Origin: Nitrospirota bacterium
GTDB lineage: Bacteria > Nitrospirota > Thermodesulfovibrionia > Thermodesulfovibrionales > JdFR-86
Assembly: GCA_963721805.1 (NCBI GenBank)
Contig: CAVRJY010000002.1
Coordinates: 224,001 to 288,000 of the forward strand
DNA length: 64,000 bases
Direction of reading: 5' to 3'
Part shown: positions 1 through 8,856 of the stretch, one piece after another
Numbering within the stretch: the first letter of the stretch is position 1
Layout of the letters: the number at the start of each line of letters is the position of its first letter
Program-made: the position numbers and the translations under genes
The notes under the pieces: model-generated
The model's database searches: none
What the model was told of the DNA's origin: nothing
The model's input: only the letters and a program-made list of their open reading frames with translations

Positions 1-642
1 GAGCCTCGCCAGATATGGGCGCAGTCCGGCCGATTCCCACCAAGCTATCACAGAGCCTGTGTTCGGGAACCAGTAGACGTAATCCCGGCGCGCAACGTCG
101 AGCGCGCTGAATCCAGCGTCGCTTAAGACCGTGCGGTACTCCTCTGTATCGGGGAAGTACCAAGGGGGCTCGAAGCCCTCGAACCGGCCCTCGTACCCGA
201 GTTCGCGTATCGCCTCGCCAGTGTATCTGAGGAACGTCGGGCAGAACTCGCTCGCCGGGAACTGCAGCGCTATCCTCCCGCCGGGCCGGAGCGCCATGTG
301 CATCCGCCTTGCCGCCTCCCGGGGCTGCTTCACCCACTGCAGCGCGGAGTTTGAGTATATGACGTCGAACTCCTGGTCAAAGCCCATCTCCTGCACCGCC
401 GTCCGCACGAACGAGAGGTTGGGGGCCTCCTTCAGCCCCGCGCGGCCTATCATCTCGGCCGACGGGTCTATACCGATCACTCGGCCGGCCCTGCCCGCGA
501 TATGAAGCGTGATCTCCCCCGTGCCGCAGCCGATATCGAGCACCTCGTCGGCAGGCCCGATCCCGGCCTCGTCCGCCAGTGTGTAGCCCACGGTCTTTTG
601 CGGCCCCATCGTGCTTTCGTACAGCCTGGCGTCCCATCTCAT
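1..642 (-). CDS. Class I SAM-dependent methyltransferase (Tam-like), runs off the window edge
   Basis: Not in the ORF track. Manual translation gives MRWDARLYESTMGPQKTVG...VLDIGCGTG...VIGIDPSAEMI (SAM motif I). SD AAGGAGG upstream. Confidence 0.85.
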   Translation of the reverse strand, partial: MRWDARLYESTMGPQKTVGYTLADEAGIGPADEVLDIGCGTGEITLHIAGRAGRVIGIDPSAEMIGRAGLKEAPNLSFVRTAVQEMGFDQEFDVIYSNSALQWVKQPREAARRMHMALRPGGRIALQFPASEFCPTFLRYTGEAIRELGYEGRFEGFEPPWYFPDTEEYRTVLSDAGFSALDVARRDYVYWFPNTGSVIAWWESAGLRPYLARL

Positions 643-662
643 CTCTGCACCTCCTTGGAAAT

Positions 663-697
663 AAAAAAAGCCCCGGTGATTGTCTCTCACCGCGGCC
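663..697 (-). terminator. Intrinsic terminator of a putative attenuator
   Basis: GGCCGCGGTGA-gagacaa-TCACCGGGGC followed by T7, 20 nt upstream of the methyltransferase start. Confidence 0.8.
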
Positions 698-725
698 TTT
701 GCGTGATGTTTATGTGGTTTGCCGT

Positions 726-827
726 TTAGCTGATAATCTGCCTCACGACGGCCGCGGACGAGCACCCTGCGACTATAAGTCGCGTGCGTTTGGTTGCTGC
801 GCCATGGACCGTGATAATTCGCATCAT
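726..827 (-). CDS. Putative attenuator leader peptide, 33 aa, Ile/Val/Leu-rich
   Basis: MMRIITVHGAATKRTRLIVAGCSSAAVVRQIIS*. Lies between promoter and terminator and contains a sequence complementary to the terminator 5' arm. Confidence 0.65.
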   Translation of the reverse strand: MMRIITVHGAATKRTRLIVAGCSSAAVVRQIIS

Positions 828-832
828 CCCTA

Positions 833-862
833 AAAATACACCTTCCCGGCATGGGCTGTCAA
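833..862 (-). promoter_or_regulatory. Sigma70-type promoter for the leader and methyltransferase
   Basis: TTGACA-18 nt-TATTTT. Confidence 0.6.
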
Positions 863-1047
863 TCTGCCTGTATCGGCCTTACTTTTTAGTAACCAGCTGA
901 TTAATAAGTATTATATATTTTTAGGGTATCTCCTCGGCAAAATTCACAATTTATTCATTAAATTTTCTTATTTGCTTATTCAGCTAATAAATCAACGTGT
1001 TACGTTTTTTTGAGCCGCTTATAGTCAATGAATACCGAAACTATATC

Positions 1048-1076
1048 TTGACTAAGGCTTCAAAATATGTTAAATT
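1048..1076 (+). promoter_or_regulatory. Sigma70-type promoter of the thi operon
   Basis: TTGACT-17 nt-TAAATT with extended -10 TG. IHF-like AATCAACGTGTTA at 990-1002. Confidence 0.65.
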
Positions 1077-1082
1077 TGATTT

Positions 1083-1184
1083 TGCCCTGGAGAAGGCCTT
1101 AAGCGGTCTGGGATATCCGGGGGGTAGAGGAAAGACCCTGAGTACCTGAACCGGGAGGGAATCCGGGGGAGGGAAGGGAACTGG
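1083..1184 (+). ncRNA. TPP riboswitch-like aptamer (divergent)
   Basis: ACCC...ACCTGAACCGG...CCGG...AGGGAAG core upstream of thiSGEC, followed by a terminator. Canonical UGAGA and GCG elements are altered. Confidence 0.6.
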
Positions 1185-1219
1185 GGCCGTATCCTTGATG
1201 CGAGGGGATGCGGTTTTTT
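1185..1219 (+). terminator. Expression-platform terminator upstream of thiS
   Basis: GGCCGTATCCTT...GGGGATGCGG followed by T6. Confidence 0.75.
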
Positions 1220-1225
1220 ATTGCC

Positions 1226-1423
1226 ATGAAGCTGATTATTAACGGACAGGATATGGATACGCCGGCCCTGACGGTCGGCGGGCTGCTGGCCGAGCTGGGG
1301 TTAACGCGCGAGCGCATCGCGGTCGAGGTCAACCTCGGCATAGTCCCCAAGAAGGACTACGACTCCCGCGCGCTCAGCGACGGCGACCGCGTCGAGGTCG
1401 TGAACTTCGTGGGCGGCGGATAG
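1226..1423 (+). CDS. thiS: Sulfur carrier protein ThiS
   Basis: 65 aa, MKLIING...VEVVNFVGGG with C-terminal GG, directly upstream of thiG. Confidence 0.95.
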   Translation: MKLIINGQDMDTPALTVGGLLAELGLTRERIAVEVNLGIVPKKDYDSRALSDGDRVEVVNFVGGG

Positions 1424-1460
1424 AGGCAAGAGATAAAGGCTCATACAAAAGAAAAGAGAC

Positions 1461-2234
1461 ATGCAAGATAAACTGGTCATAAAGGGCGTGGAGTTCAGCT
1501 CCCGCCTCTGGGTCGGCACCGGGAAGTTCAAGGACTTCGACGAGACCGTACGCGCTATCGAGGCCTCGGGCTCCGACGTCGTGACGGTATCGGTGCGCCG
1601 CGTCAACATCACGGACCGCAAGAGCGAGAACCTGCTCGATTATATCGACCCCAAGAAATACAAGATACTCCCGAACACCGCCGGGTGCTACACGGTCGAG
1701 GACGCCCTGCGCTACGCGAGGCTCGGCCGCGAGGCCGGGGTCTCGGACATGATAAAGATAGAGGTCATCGGGGACGAGCGCACGCTCTTCCCTGACGTGA
1801 TCGGGCTTCTCAAGGCGACCGAGATACTCGCGAAGGAGGGCTTTTTCGTGCTTCCTTATACCACGGACGACCCGATAATGTGCCAGCGCCTGATGGACGC
1901 CGGTGCGGCCGCGGTTATGCCCCTTGGCGCTCCGATAGGCTCCGGGCTAGGCATCCGCAACCCTTATAACATCAAGATCATACTCGAGACCGTCAAGGCC
2001 CCCGTCATAGTCGACGCCGGGGTCGGCACAGCCTCGGACGCCGCTCTGGCGATGGAGCTCGGGTGCGACGCGGTCCTGATAAATTCTGGAATAGCCGGGG
2101 CCAAAGACCCCGTTATGATGGCTGACGCCATGAAACACGCTGTGATCGCCGGGAGATTCGCTTACAGGGCCGGAAGGATACCGAAGAAGCTTTACGCGAC
2201 GGCCAGCAGTCCATTAGAAGGGATGTTGATATGA
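1461..2234 (+). CDS. thiG: Thiazole synthase
   Basis: [42 protein letters not shown] motifs. Confidence 0.97.
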   Translation: MQDKLVIKGVEFSSRLWVGTGKFKDFDETVRAIEASGSDVVTVSVRRVNITDRKSENLLDYIDPKKYKILPNTAGCYTVEDALRYARLGREAGVSDMIKIEVIGDERTLFPDVIGLLKATEILAKEGFFVLPYTTDDPIMCQRLMDAGAAAVMPLGAPIGSGLGIRNPYNIKIILETVKAPVIVDAGVGTASDAALAMELGCDAVLINSGIAGAKDPVMMADAMKHAVIAGRFAYRAGRIPKKLYATASSPLEGMLI

Positions 2235-2899
2235 TAGCAACGGGAAACGAGACTTCACCGAAGAGGGCGACCGTGTACGAACCGATAGCCTTGGACTTTA
2301 ACCTTTACCTGATCACCGACCGCACGCGCACCGAGGGCAGGCCTATAATGTCAGTCGTCGAGGACGCGCTCAAAGGCGGGGTGCGCGCGGTGCAGCTGCG
2401 CGAGAAGGACCTCGGCACGCGCCAGCTCCTGCGCCTCGCGTACGAGATGCGCGAGATCACGCTTAAGTACGACGCGCGGCTCTTCATCAACGACCGCGTG
2501 GACATCGCGATAGCGATCGAGGCCGACGGCGTCCACCTGGGCCAAAAGAGCATCCCGCCGTACGCGGCGCGGAGGCTGTCGAGGAACCTCATCATCGGCG
2601 TATCGACGCACAACCTCGCCGAGGCCCTGCGCGCCGAGGCCGACGGCGCGGACTTCATCACCCTGGGGCCGGTCTTTCAGACCAAGAGCAAGTCTAATGC
2701 CGAACCCCTGGGGCTCGGGATCATGCAGGCCGCTAAGTCGCAGCTCAGCATACCGGTCTTCGCCCTGGGCGGGATAAGGCTGGATAACGCCAAGGAGGTC
2801 ATGGACTCCGGAGTGGACGGCGTCGCTATCGTAAGCGGCATCCTCGGCGTCAAGGACGTGCGTTCGACCTCAGGCAAGCTCGTCAGGCTCCTTACATGA
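2231..2899 (+). CDS. thiE: Thiamine phosphate synthase
   Basis: LYLITD, VQLREK, INDRVD, GVHLGQ, GVSTH, ALGGI motifs. The true start may be further downstream. Confidence 0.93.
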   Translation: MIATGNETSPKRATVYEPIALDFNLYLITDRTRTEGRPIMSVVEDALKGGVRAVQLREKDLGTRQLLRLAYEMREITLKYDARLFINDRVDIAIAIEADGVHLGQKSIPPYAARRLSRNLIIGVSTHNLAEALRAEADGADFITLGPVFQTKSKSNAEPLGLGIMQAAKSQLSIPVFALGGIRLDNAKEVMDSGVDGVAIVSGILGVKDVRSTSGKLVRLLT

Positions 2900-4197
2900 C
2901 CCGCATAGAGGCGGCCAAAAAAGGCATACTGACCGACGAGGTCAGGACGGCCGCCAGCCGCGAGGGCCTCGCCCCGGAGCGCCTCTCAGAGGACATCGCG
3001 CTGGGGCTGAGCGTCATCGCCCGCAACGCCAACCGCTCGATCCCTCCGCTTGGGATCGGACGGGGCATGACCACCAAGATCAACGCCAACATCGGCACCT
3101 CAAGAGACCGCATCTCGTTTGACGAGGAGAAGGAAAAGCTCCGCGTCCTGGTCGAGCTCGGCTGCGACGCGGTGATGGAGCTCTCTACCGGAGGGCCGAT
3201 ACGCGAGTTTAGGCAATACGTGATCGACAACGCCCCGATACCGCTCGGCACCGTGCCGGTCTACGAGGCCGCGATACGCTCGGTCGAGCGCAACGGCAGG
3301 ATGTCGGCGATGACCGCCGAGGACATGATTAACATGGTCGAGGAGCACGGGGCGCAGGGCGTGGATTTCGTCACCGTCCACTCCGGCCTCACGATGAAGG
3401 CCGTAGAGCGCCTCAAGAGCCAGGGCCGCATCATGGACATCGTAAGCCGCGGCGGCTCGTTCCTGCTTGAGTGGATGGTAATGAATGGGAAGGAAAACCC
3501 GTTTTACGAACACTTCGACCGGCTGCTCGATATCGCGGCCCGTTATGATATGACGTTAAGCCTCGGCGACGCCCTGCGGCCCGGATGCATACAGGACGCA
3601 ACGGACCGCGCCCAGATCGAGGAGTTAGTCACGCTTGGCGAGCTTCGCGACCGCGCGCTTGAGAGAAACGTGCAGGTGATCATCGAGGGCCCCGGCCACG
3701 TGCAGCTCAACCAGGTCGAACTCAACATCAAGCTCCAGAAGGCCCTGTGCGGCGGCGCTCCGTTTTATGTCCTTGGACCGCTCGTGACCGACTGCGGCAT
3801 GGGCTATGACCATATCACCGGCGCCATAGGCGGCGCGATAGCCGGCGCGGCAGGTGCGGACTTCCTTTGCTATGTTACGCCCGCCGAGCACATCAAGCTC
3901 CCCGACGTCGAGGCCGTGCGCGACGGCGTCGTGGCTTCGAAGATCGCGGCCCACGCGGCCGATATCGCAAAGGGCATCCCCTCGGCCATGGAGCGCGATA
4001 AAAAGATGGCCCGCGCGCGCAAGGCTTTGGACTGGGAGGGCCAGATCAACCTGAGCTTCAACCCCGAGCGCGTGCGCAGCTGGCGCGCCTCGGTCCCGCT
4101 TCACGACTCGGAGGTATGCAGCATGTGCGGCGAGTTCTGCGCTATGCGCACCGTAGAGCGCGCCCTGGGCAAAGACAAGAAACCCTCGCCCAAATAG
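2896..4197 (+). CDS. thiC: Phosphomethylpyrimidine synthase (short form)
   Basis: KINANIGTS, VSRGGS, EGPGH, CYVTPAEH, C-terminal CSMCGEFC, within the thi operon. Confidence 0.9.
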   Translation: MTRIEAAKKGILTDEVRTAASREGLAPERLSEDIALGLSVIARNANRSIPPLGIGRGMTTKINANIGTSRDRISFDEEKEKLRVLVELGCDAVMELSTGGPIREFRQYVIDNAPIPLGTVPVYEAAIRSVERNGRMSAMTAEDMINMVEEHGAQGVDFVTVHSGLTMKAVERLKSQGRIMDIVSRGGSFLLEWMVMNGKENPFYEHFDRLLDIAARYDMTLSLGDALRPGCIQDATDRAQIEELVTLGELRDRALERNVQVIIEGPGHVQLNQVELNIKLQKALCGGAPFYVLGPLVTDCGMGYDHITGAIGGAIAGAAGADFLCYVTPAEHIKLPDVEAVRDGVVASKIAAHAADIAKGIPSAMERDKKMARARKALDWEGQINLSFNPERVRSWRASVPLHDSEVCSMCGEFCAMRTVERALGKDKKPSPK

Positions 4198-4206
4198 CAC
4201 CGTGCC

Positions 4207-4506
4207 ATGTACCGCGCTATTATCATAGCCGCCTCTATCACTATCCTCCTCGCAGCCTGTGGACGCCCCAATGGCGCTGTCCTGTTCAAGACCGTCGGCT
4301 GCACCAAGTGCCATGTACTAAACGGCATCGGCATCGGCAGGATCGACCTTTCGCACGAGGCCGATACGAGGACGCGCGGATGGGTGCGCGATCAGATCAC
4401 CTACCCCAAGAGCCACCGTGAGGATACGGGCATGCCGAGCTTTGCGTTCCTGAGCAGCTCCGAGATCAACGCCCTCGCGGATTATGTGATAAAAGGCGGT
4501 AAGTAA
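4207..4506 (+). CDS. Monoheme c-type cytochrome lipoprotein
   Basis: Lipobox LLAAC, heme motif CTKCH, distal MP. Confidence 0.85.
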   Translation: MYRAIIIAASITILLAACGRPNGAVLFKTVGCTKCHVLNGIGIGRIDLSHEADTRTRGWVRDQITYPKSHREDTGMPSFAFLSSSEINALADYVIKGGK

Positions 4507-4582
4507 GGGGCTGAGCCCCCAGTCGGCTATTCGGGGCGCTAATACGCCCCTCACTTATGAGCTGGGTCCCTGCCCCGCTCAT
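4507..4582 (-). repeat. Structured repeat family B (TGAG-stem-CGAATA plus hairpin), copy 1
   Basis: The reverse complement shares TGAGCGGGGCAGGG...ATAAGTGAG...CGAATA...GGGGGC with 28733-28798. Confidence 0.7.
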
Positions 4583-4587
4583 GAATA

Positions 4588-5793
4588 TTAATACACCGTC
4601 CATTTGCGGCTTTCCTTCCGAAGCAACACGATATGCTTCTCTGTTATCGCGGCCTTGATCAGGCTCCCTATGAACCCCAGAAACGTGAGCTTTCCCTTGC
4701 CAGGCATCGCGAGCCATCCGACGGCTAGGTGCTTGCCCAGGCTTATGACCTCCCCGAGCACCCTCGGCTTGTAAGGCTTCCTCTTGCCGCCTGTGGCGTC
4801 CGCATGGATGTTGAATGCGACTACCCGGCCCTGCTGCAGGGCGAACTGCGCGGCCGCCGCCACGGGCGCACCGGTCGAGGGGTCTACCGCAAGGGCGCTG
4901 TCTCCGATTACGTATACGCCCGGCATGCCCTCGGCCATCAGGTAGCGGTTCACGATCACCCGCCCGAGCGGGCCTGTCTTGAAACCGCTCCCGGTTACGA
5001 GGTCCGGTATGCGGATCCCCCCGGTCCATATTACCGTGCGGGCACGAAGCGTCTTGCCATTTGATAGCTTGACCTCTTCCGCTGTCACAGACTCGATCCG
5101 CGCCCCGGTGATCGCCTGCACTCCCTTCGTCGCGAGCCTCTCCTGTATGCGGTGCGCGAGCCGCTCCTTCATCTGGGGTATCAGGTAGGCCGCGCCCTCG
5201 ACGATTATGACCTCGCTAAGGGAGCGGAGCGCATCGTCATGGCCGAGGCATACGTCGAGGTGCTCGACGAGCTCGGCCGCGAACTCCACGCCCGAGAGCC
5301 CCCCGCCCCCGATCACGAACCGCAGCATCTCGCGCCGCCTCTCAGGGTCAGGCTCCGAGCGCGCATCGCGGCAGAGGCCGGTGATGTGGGCGTGTATGTC
5401 CTGCGCGTCATCGAGGCTCTGAAGCGGGAACCCGTAGCGTTCTAATCCCGGTATGCCGTAGAAGTTCGTCTGGCTCCCGAGCGCGACGACGAGGTACTCA
5501 AAGTTGAGCGGCCCCTCCGTTGTCACGATCCGGCGCGACGCGGGTTCTATTGCGACGAGCTCTGTGCAGAGAAACTCGATACCGAGCCCGCTTATCAGGC
5601 GCTTTATGGGGATGCTCACCCGCTCCTCGCGCACCGCGGCCTCGTGCAGCTGGGTCTTGAGCGTGTGGAAGTGGTTTCGGTCGATCAGGTGGACACGGAA
5701 CTCCGGCCTCTTTCGGAACAGCCGTGCGAGCCTGAGCGCGGCCGTTATCCCGCCGTACCCCGCCCCTGCCACGACGATGTTCCCGCCCTGCAT
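4588..5793 (-). CDS. Type II NADH dehydrogenase-like FAD/NAD(P) oxidoreductase
   Basis: GAGYGG and GGGLSGVE dinucleotide motifs, IWTGG, VIGD, AQFALQQG. Confidence 0.88.
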   Translation of the reverse strand: MQGGNIVVAGAGYGGITAALRLARLFRKRPEFRVHLIDRNHFHTLKTQLHEAAVREERVSIPIKRLISGLGIEFLCTELVAIEPASRRIVTTEGPLNFEYLVVALGSQTNFYGIPGLERYGFPLQSLDDAQDIHAHITGLCRDARSEPDPERRREMLRFVIGGGGLSGVEFAAELVEHLDVCLGHDDALRSLSEVIIVEGAAYLIPQMKERLAHRIQERLATKGVQAITGARIESVTAEEVKLSNGKTLRARTVIWTGGIRIPDLVTGSGFKTGPLGRVIVNRYLMAEGMPGVYVIGDSALAVDPSTGAPVAAAAQFALQQGRVVAFNIHADATGGKRKPYKPRVLGEVISLGKHLAVGWLAMPGKGKLTFLGFIGSLIKAAITEKHIVLLRKESRKWTVY

Positions 5794-5891
5794 CGCGACC
5801 ACCCCCCTTACAAAGATTCTAGCATGCAACAAAGGCGGCGCGGTTTTTATTATAATAGGTTCTAATACGGCATGGGACAGGTAATAACGCA

Positions 5892-7064
5892 ATGAGGCTT
5901 AGGTTCATGACAGCTGGGGAATCGCACGGGCCGGCCCTCACCGGGATAATCGAGGGCATACCCTCGGGGCTTGAGCTCGCCTCTGAGTACATCAACCAGC
6001 GCCTGCGCGAGCGCCAGCGCGGATACGGCCGCGGCGGCCGCATGAAGATAGAGTCCGATGCGGCGGACGTCACCTCCGGCATACGCTGGGGCCGGACCCT
6101 CGGCGGGCCGATCACGCTCGTCGTGGAAAACCGCGACTGGCCGAACTGGCGCGAGGGCATGAGCCCGGACGCGGCCCACGCGGGCTCGATAAAGCCGGTC
6201 ACCGCGCCGCGCCCCGGCCACGCGGATCTTTCCGGCGCGCTTAAATACAACCACCACGACGTCCGGAACATACTCGAGCGCTCAAGCGCGCGCGAGACAA
6301 CGATGCGCGTCGCCCTCGGCGCGGTCGCGCAGCGGTTCCTCGAGGAGTTCGGTATCACGACCGGATGCTTCGTCACCCGCATAGGTGACGTCACGTCAGA
6401 CCACTTCCGCGACGCTTCAGCGCTCGGGCTGCGGTCGATGAAGGAGCGTGCGAACGCCTCCGAGGTCCGCTGCCCCGACGAGCAGGCCTCGGCCGGGATG
6501 ATCGAGGCGATAGACCGGGCCTCGGCCGACGGCGATTCGCTAGGCGGAGAGTTCGAGGTATTCGTGCTGGGCGCTCCGATAGGGCTTGGCAGCCACGTGC
6601 AATGGGACCGCAAGCTCGACGGCCGCCTCGCGCAGGCGGTCATGTCCGTGCAGGCCATAAAGGCCGTCGAGATCGGCATGGGGTTTGAGGCTGCAAGCCT
6701 ACCTGGCTCCTCCGTGATGGACGTAATCGAGGGCGACGCTCCGCCCTGGACTCGTGCCTCAAACAACGCCGGTGGGATCGAGGGCGGCATGACCAACGGT
6801 ATGCCGATCGTGGTGCGCGCGGCGATGAAGCCGATCCCCACGCAGCGCAGAGCAATGATGACCGTGGATATACTCTCTCGCCATCCGGTCGAGGCCGCGT
6901 ACGAGCGCTCGGACGTATGCGCCGTGCCGGCCGCGGCTATCATCGCCGAGGCGATGGTCAGCCTCACCGTGGCCGACGCGATGCTTGAGAAGTTCGGCGG
7001 CGACAGCATGCAGGAGTGCTCGCGCAACTTCGAGTCCTACATCGAGGCGCTCCGGAATTTTTGA
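5892..7064 (+). CDS. aroC: Chorismate synthase
   Basis: TAGESHG, RPGHAD, ERSSARET, MKPIPT, ERSDVCAVP. Confidence 0.97.
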   Translation: MRLRFMTAGESHGPALTGIIEGIPSGLELASEYINQRLRERQRGYGRGGRMKIESDAADVTSGIRWGRTLGGPITLVVENRDWPNWREGMSPDAAHAGSIKPVTAPRPGHADLSGALKYNHHDVRNILERSSARETTMRVALGAVAQRFLEEFGITTGCFVTRIGDVTSDHFRDASALGLRSMKERANASEVRCPDEQASAGMIEAIDRASADGDSLGGEFEVFVLGAPIGLGSHVQWDRKLDGRLAQAVMSVQAIKAVEIGMGFEAASLPGSSVMDVIEGDAPPWTRASNNAGGIEGGMTNGMPIVVRAAMKPIPTQRRAMMTVDILSRHPVEAAYERSDVCAVPAAAIIAEAMVSLTVADAMLEKFGGDSMQECSRNFESYIEALRNF

Positions 7065-7579
7065 TGAGGAACATTATTCTTACGGGCTTCATGGGCACCG
7101 GGAAGTCCGCTGTGGCCGCTGAACTTAGCCGCCTGACCGGGATGAAGCTCATCGACATAGACCACGAGATCGAGTCAGCCGAGGGCATGAGCATCGCGGA
7201 TATCTTCGAGCAAAAGGGCGAGCCCCGCTTCCGCGATATAGAGTCTGAGGCGATCAGGCGCATAGCGGGCGCGGCGCGCGGCGCGGTGATCTCCACCGGC
7301 GGCGGCGCGGTGATGAGGGACGAGAACCTCGACGTGCTGAGGCAGGGCGAGGGCGTGATCGTATGCTTAATGGCAAGCCCCGAGACCGTCTACCGGCGCA
7401 CCTGCAAGAGCACGCACCGCCCGCTGCTGCAATCGCCCGATCCGAGGGCTAAGATAGAAGGGCTGCTCGAGCTCCGCATGCCAAGATACGAGCTTGCGGA
7501 CGAGATCGTCCATACCGACAATCTCACGCCCCGCGAGGTGGCCGATGAAATTCTCAGGAGGATCAAGTGGACACATTGA
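7064..7579 (+). CDS. aroK: Shikimate kinase
   Basis: GFMGTGKS P-loop, STGGG, RPLL. Start overlaps the aroC stop (TGATG). Confidence 0.95.
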   Translation: MRNIILTGFMGTGKSAVAAELSRLTGMKLIDIDHEIESAEGMSIADIFEQKGEPRFRDIESEAIRRIAGAARGAVISTGGGAVMRDENLDVLRQGEGVIVCLMASPETVYRRTCKSTHRPLLQSPDPRAKIEGLLELRMPRYELADEIVHTDNLTPREVADEILRRIKWTH

Positions 7580-8643
7580 GGGTAGAGCTGGGCGAGCGCA
7601 GCTATGACATCCATATCGGCGCCGGCGTGATCGGCGAGCTCGGTGGCGCGGTGAAGGCCATGGGCGCGGGCACCAAGGTTACGGTCGTGAGCTCCTATGC
7701 GATATTCCCGCTTTACGGCGGCCGGGTGATGGACTCGCTGCGCGAGGCCGGGCTGTTTCCCACAAGCATCCTCGTGCCGGACGGCGAGGAGACGAAGTCC
7801 ATGCACTGGGCCGAGTACCTGCTGACCGAGATGCTGAAGCTCAAGCTCGACCGCCGAAGCGTGGTCGTGGCATTGGGCGGCGGCGTGATCGGGGACCTGA
7901 CCGGCTTTGTCGCCTCGCTTTACATGAGGGGGATACGGTTCGTGCAGGTGCCGACCACGCTGCTTTCGCAGGTCGACAGCTCGGTCGGCGGCAAAACCGG
8001 CGTAAACCACCCGCTCGGCAAGAACCTCATAGGCGCGTTCTGGCAGCCCTCGCTCGTGCTGGCGGACACCGAGACCTTAAGCTCTCTGCCCCGGCGCGAG
8101 TTCGTCTCGGGCATGGGCGAGGTCATCAAATACGGCATCATACGCGACCGCGAGTTCTTCGAGAGCCTGCGCGCCCGGCATGACAGCATCATGGAACTTC
8201 AGCCCGATGCCCTTGCCGCGATCATCAGGCGCTCGTGCGAGATCAAGGCCGAGGTCGTCGGCGCGGACGAGCGCGAAAGCGGCCTGCGCGCGATACTGAA
8301 CTTCGGCCACACGATAGGCCATGCGATAGAGAACGCGACGGGCTACGGCCGCTACCTGCACGGCGAGGCCGTCTCGATAGGGATGGCCGCGGAATCGAGG
8401 CTGGCCGCGGCAGTGGGGATTATGCCCGCTTCGGACTCAGGCGAGGTTACGGAACTCGCGGCCCTCTACGGGCTCCCCTCCGAGGTGCCGCCTGAGCTCG
8501 ACAGGAACCGGATGCTCTCCGCGATGGAGATAGATAAAAAGACCCTGCAGGGCCGGATACGGTTCGTGCTCCCGACGCGCATAGGCGAGGTCCGGCTGAA
8601 CGTCACCGTGGGGCGCGACGACATCCTCAAGGCGATCGGCTAG
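7567..8643 (+). CDS. aroB: 3-dehydroquinate synthase
   Basis: GGGVIGDL, PTTLLSQVDSSVGGKTG, LNFGHTIGHA, HGEAV. Confidence 0.97.
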   Translation: MDTLRVELGERSYDIHIGAGVIGELGGAVKAMGAGTKVTVVSSYAIFPLYGGRVMDSLREAGLFPTSILVPDGEETKSMHWAEYLLTEMLKLKLDRRSVVVALGGGVIGDLTGFVASLYMRGIRFVQVPTTLLSQVDSSVGGKTGVNHPLGKNLIGAFWQPSLVLADTETLSSLPRREFVSGMGEVIKYGIIRDREFFESLRARHDSIMELQPDALAAIIRRSCEIKAEVVGADERESGLRAILNFGHTIGHAIENATGYGRYLHGEAVSIGMAAESRLAAAVGIMPASDSGEVTELAALYGLPSEVPPELDRNRMLSAMEIDKKTLQGRIRFVLPTRIGEVRLNVTVGRDDILKAIG

Positions 8644-8856
8644 GTAAGTTTTTCATTGTGTTTTCCGGTGTGAAGTGTTAGTCTAACGCGGTCGGTTGTT
8701 TGACCGATAGCGATGTCGGGGGAGGCATCGTGATGGGGGGAATCGTGACAGAATATTCGCTGCCGCCACAACGCACCAAGACCATCCACGTCCCTTCCGG
8801 TTTCTTATGCATTGGTATTTGATCGCGGCCATGCCGCGTCTTTATCCGGGGGGGAT

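Noticed and set aside
1185..1219. HMP-PP (thiS-motif) riboswitch embedded in the terminator upstream of thiS
   Set aside because: The terminator loop is only a few nucleotides, which looks too small for that aptamer. It cannot be supported without a covariance search.
2896..4197. BzaA/B/F (cobamide lower-ligand synthesis) instead of ThiC
   Set aside because: The gene is coupled to thiS-thiG-thiE under a TPP-like leader, with no cobalamin genes or riboswitch nearby.
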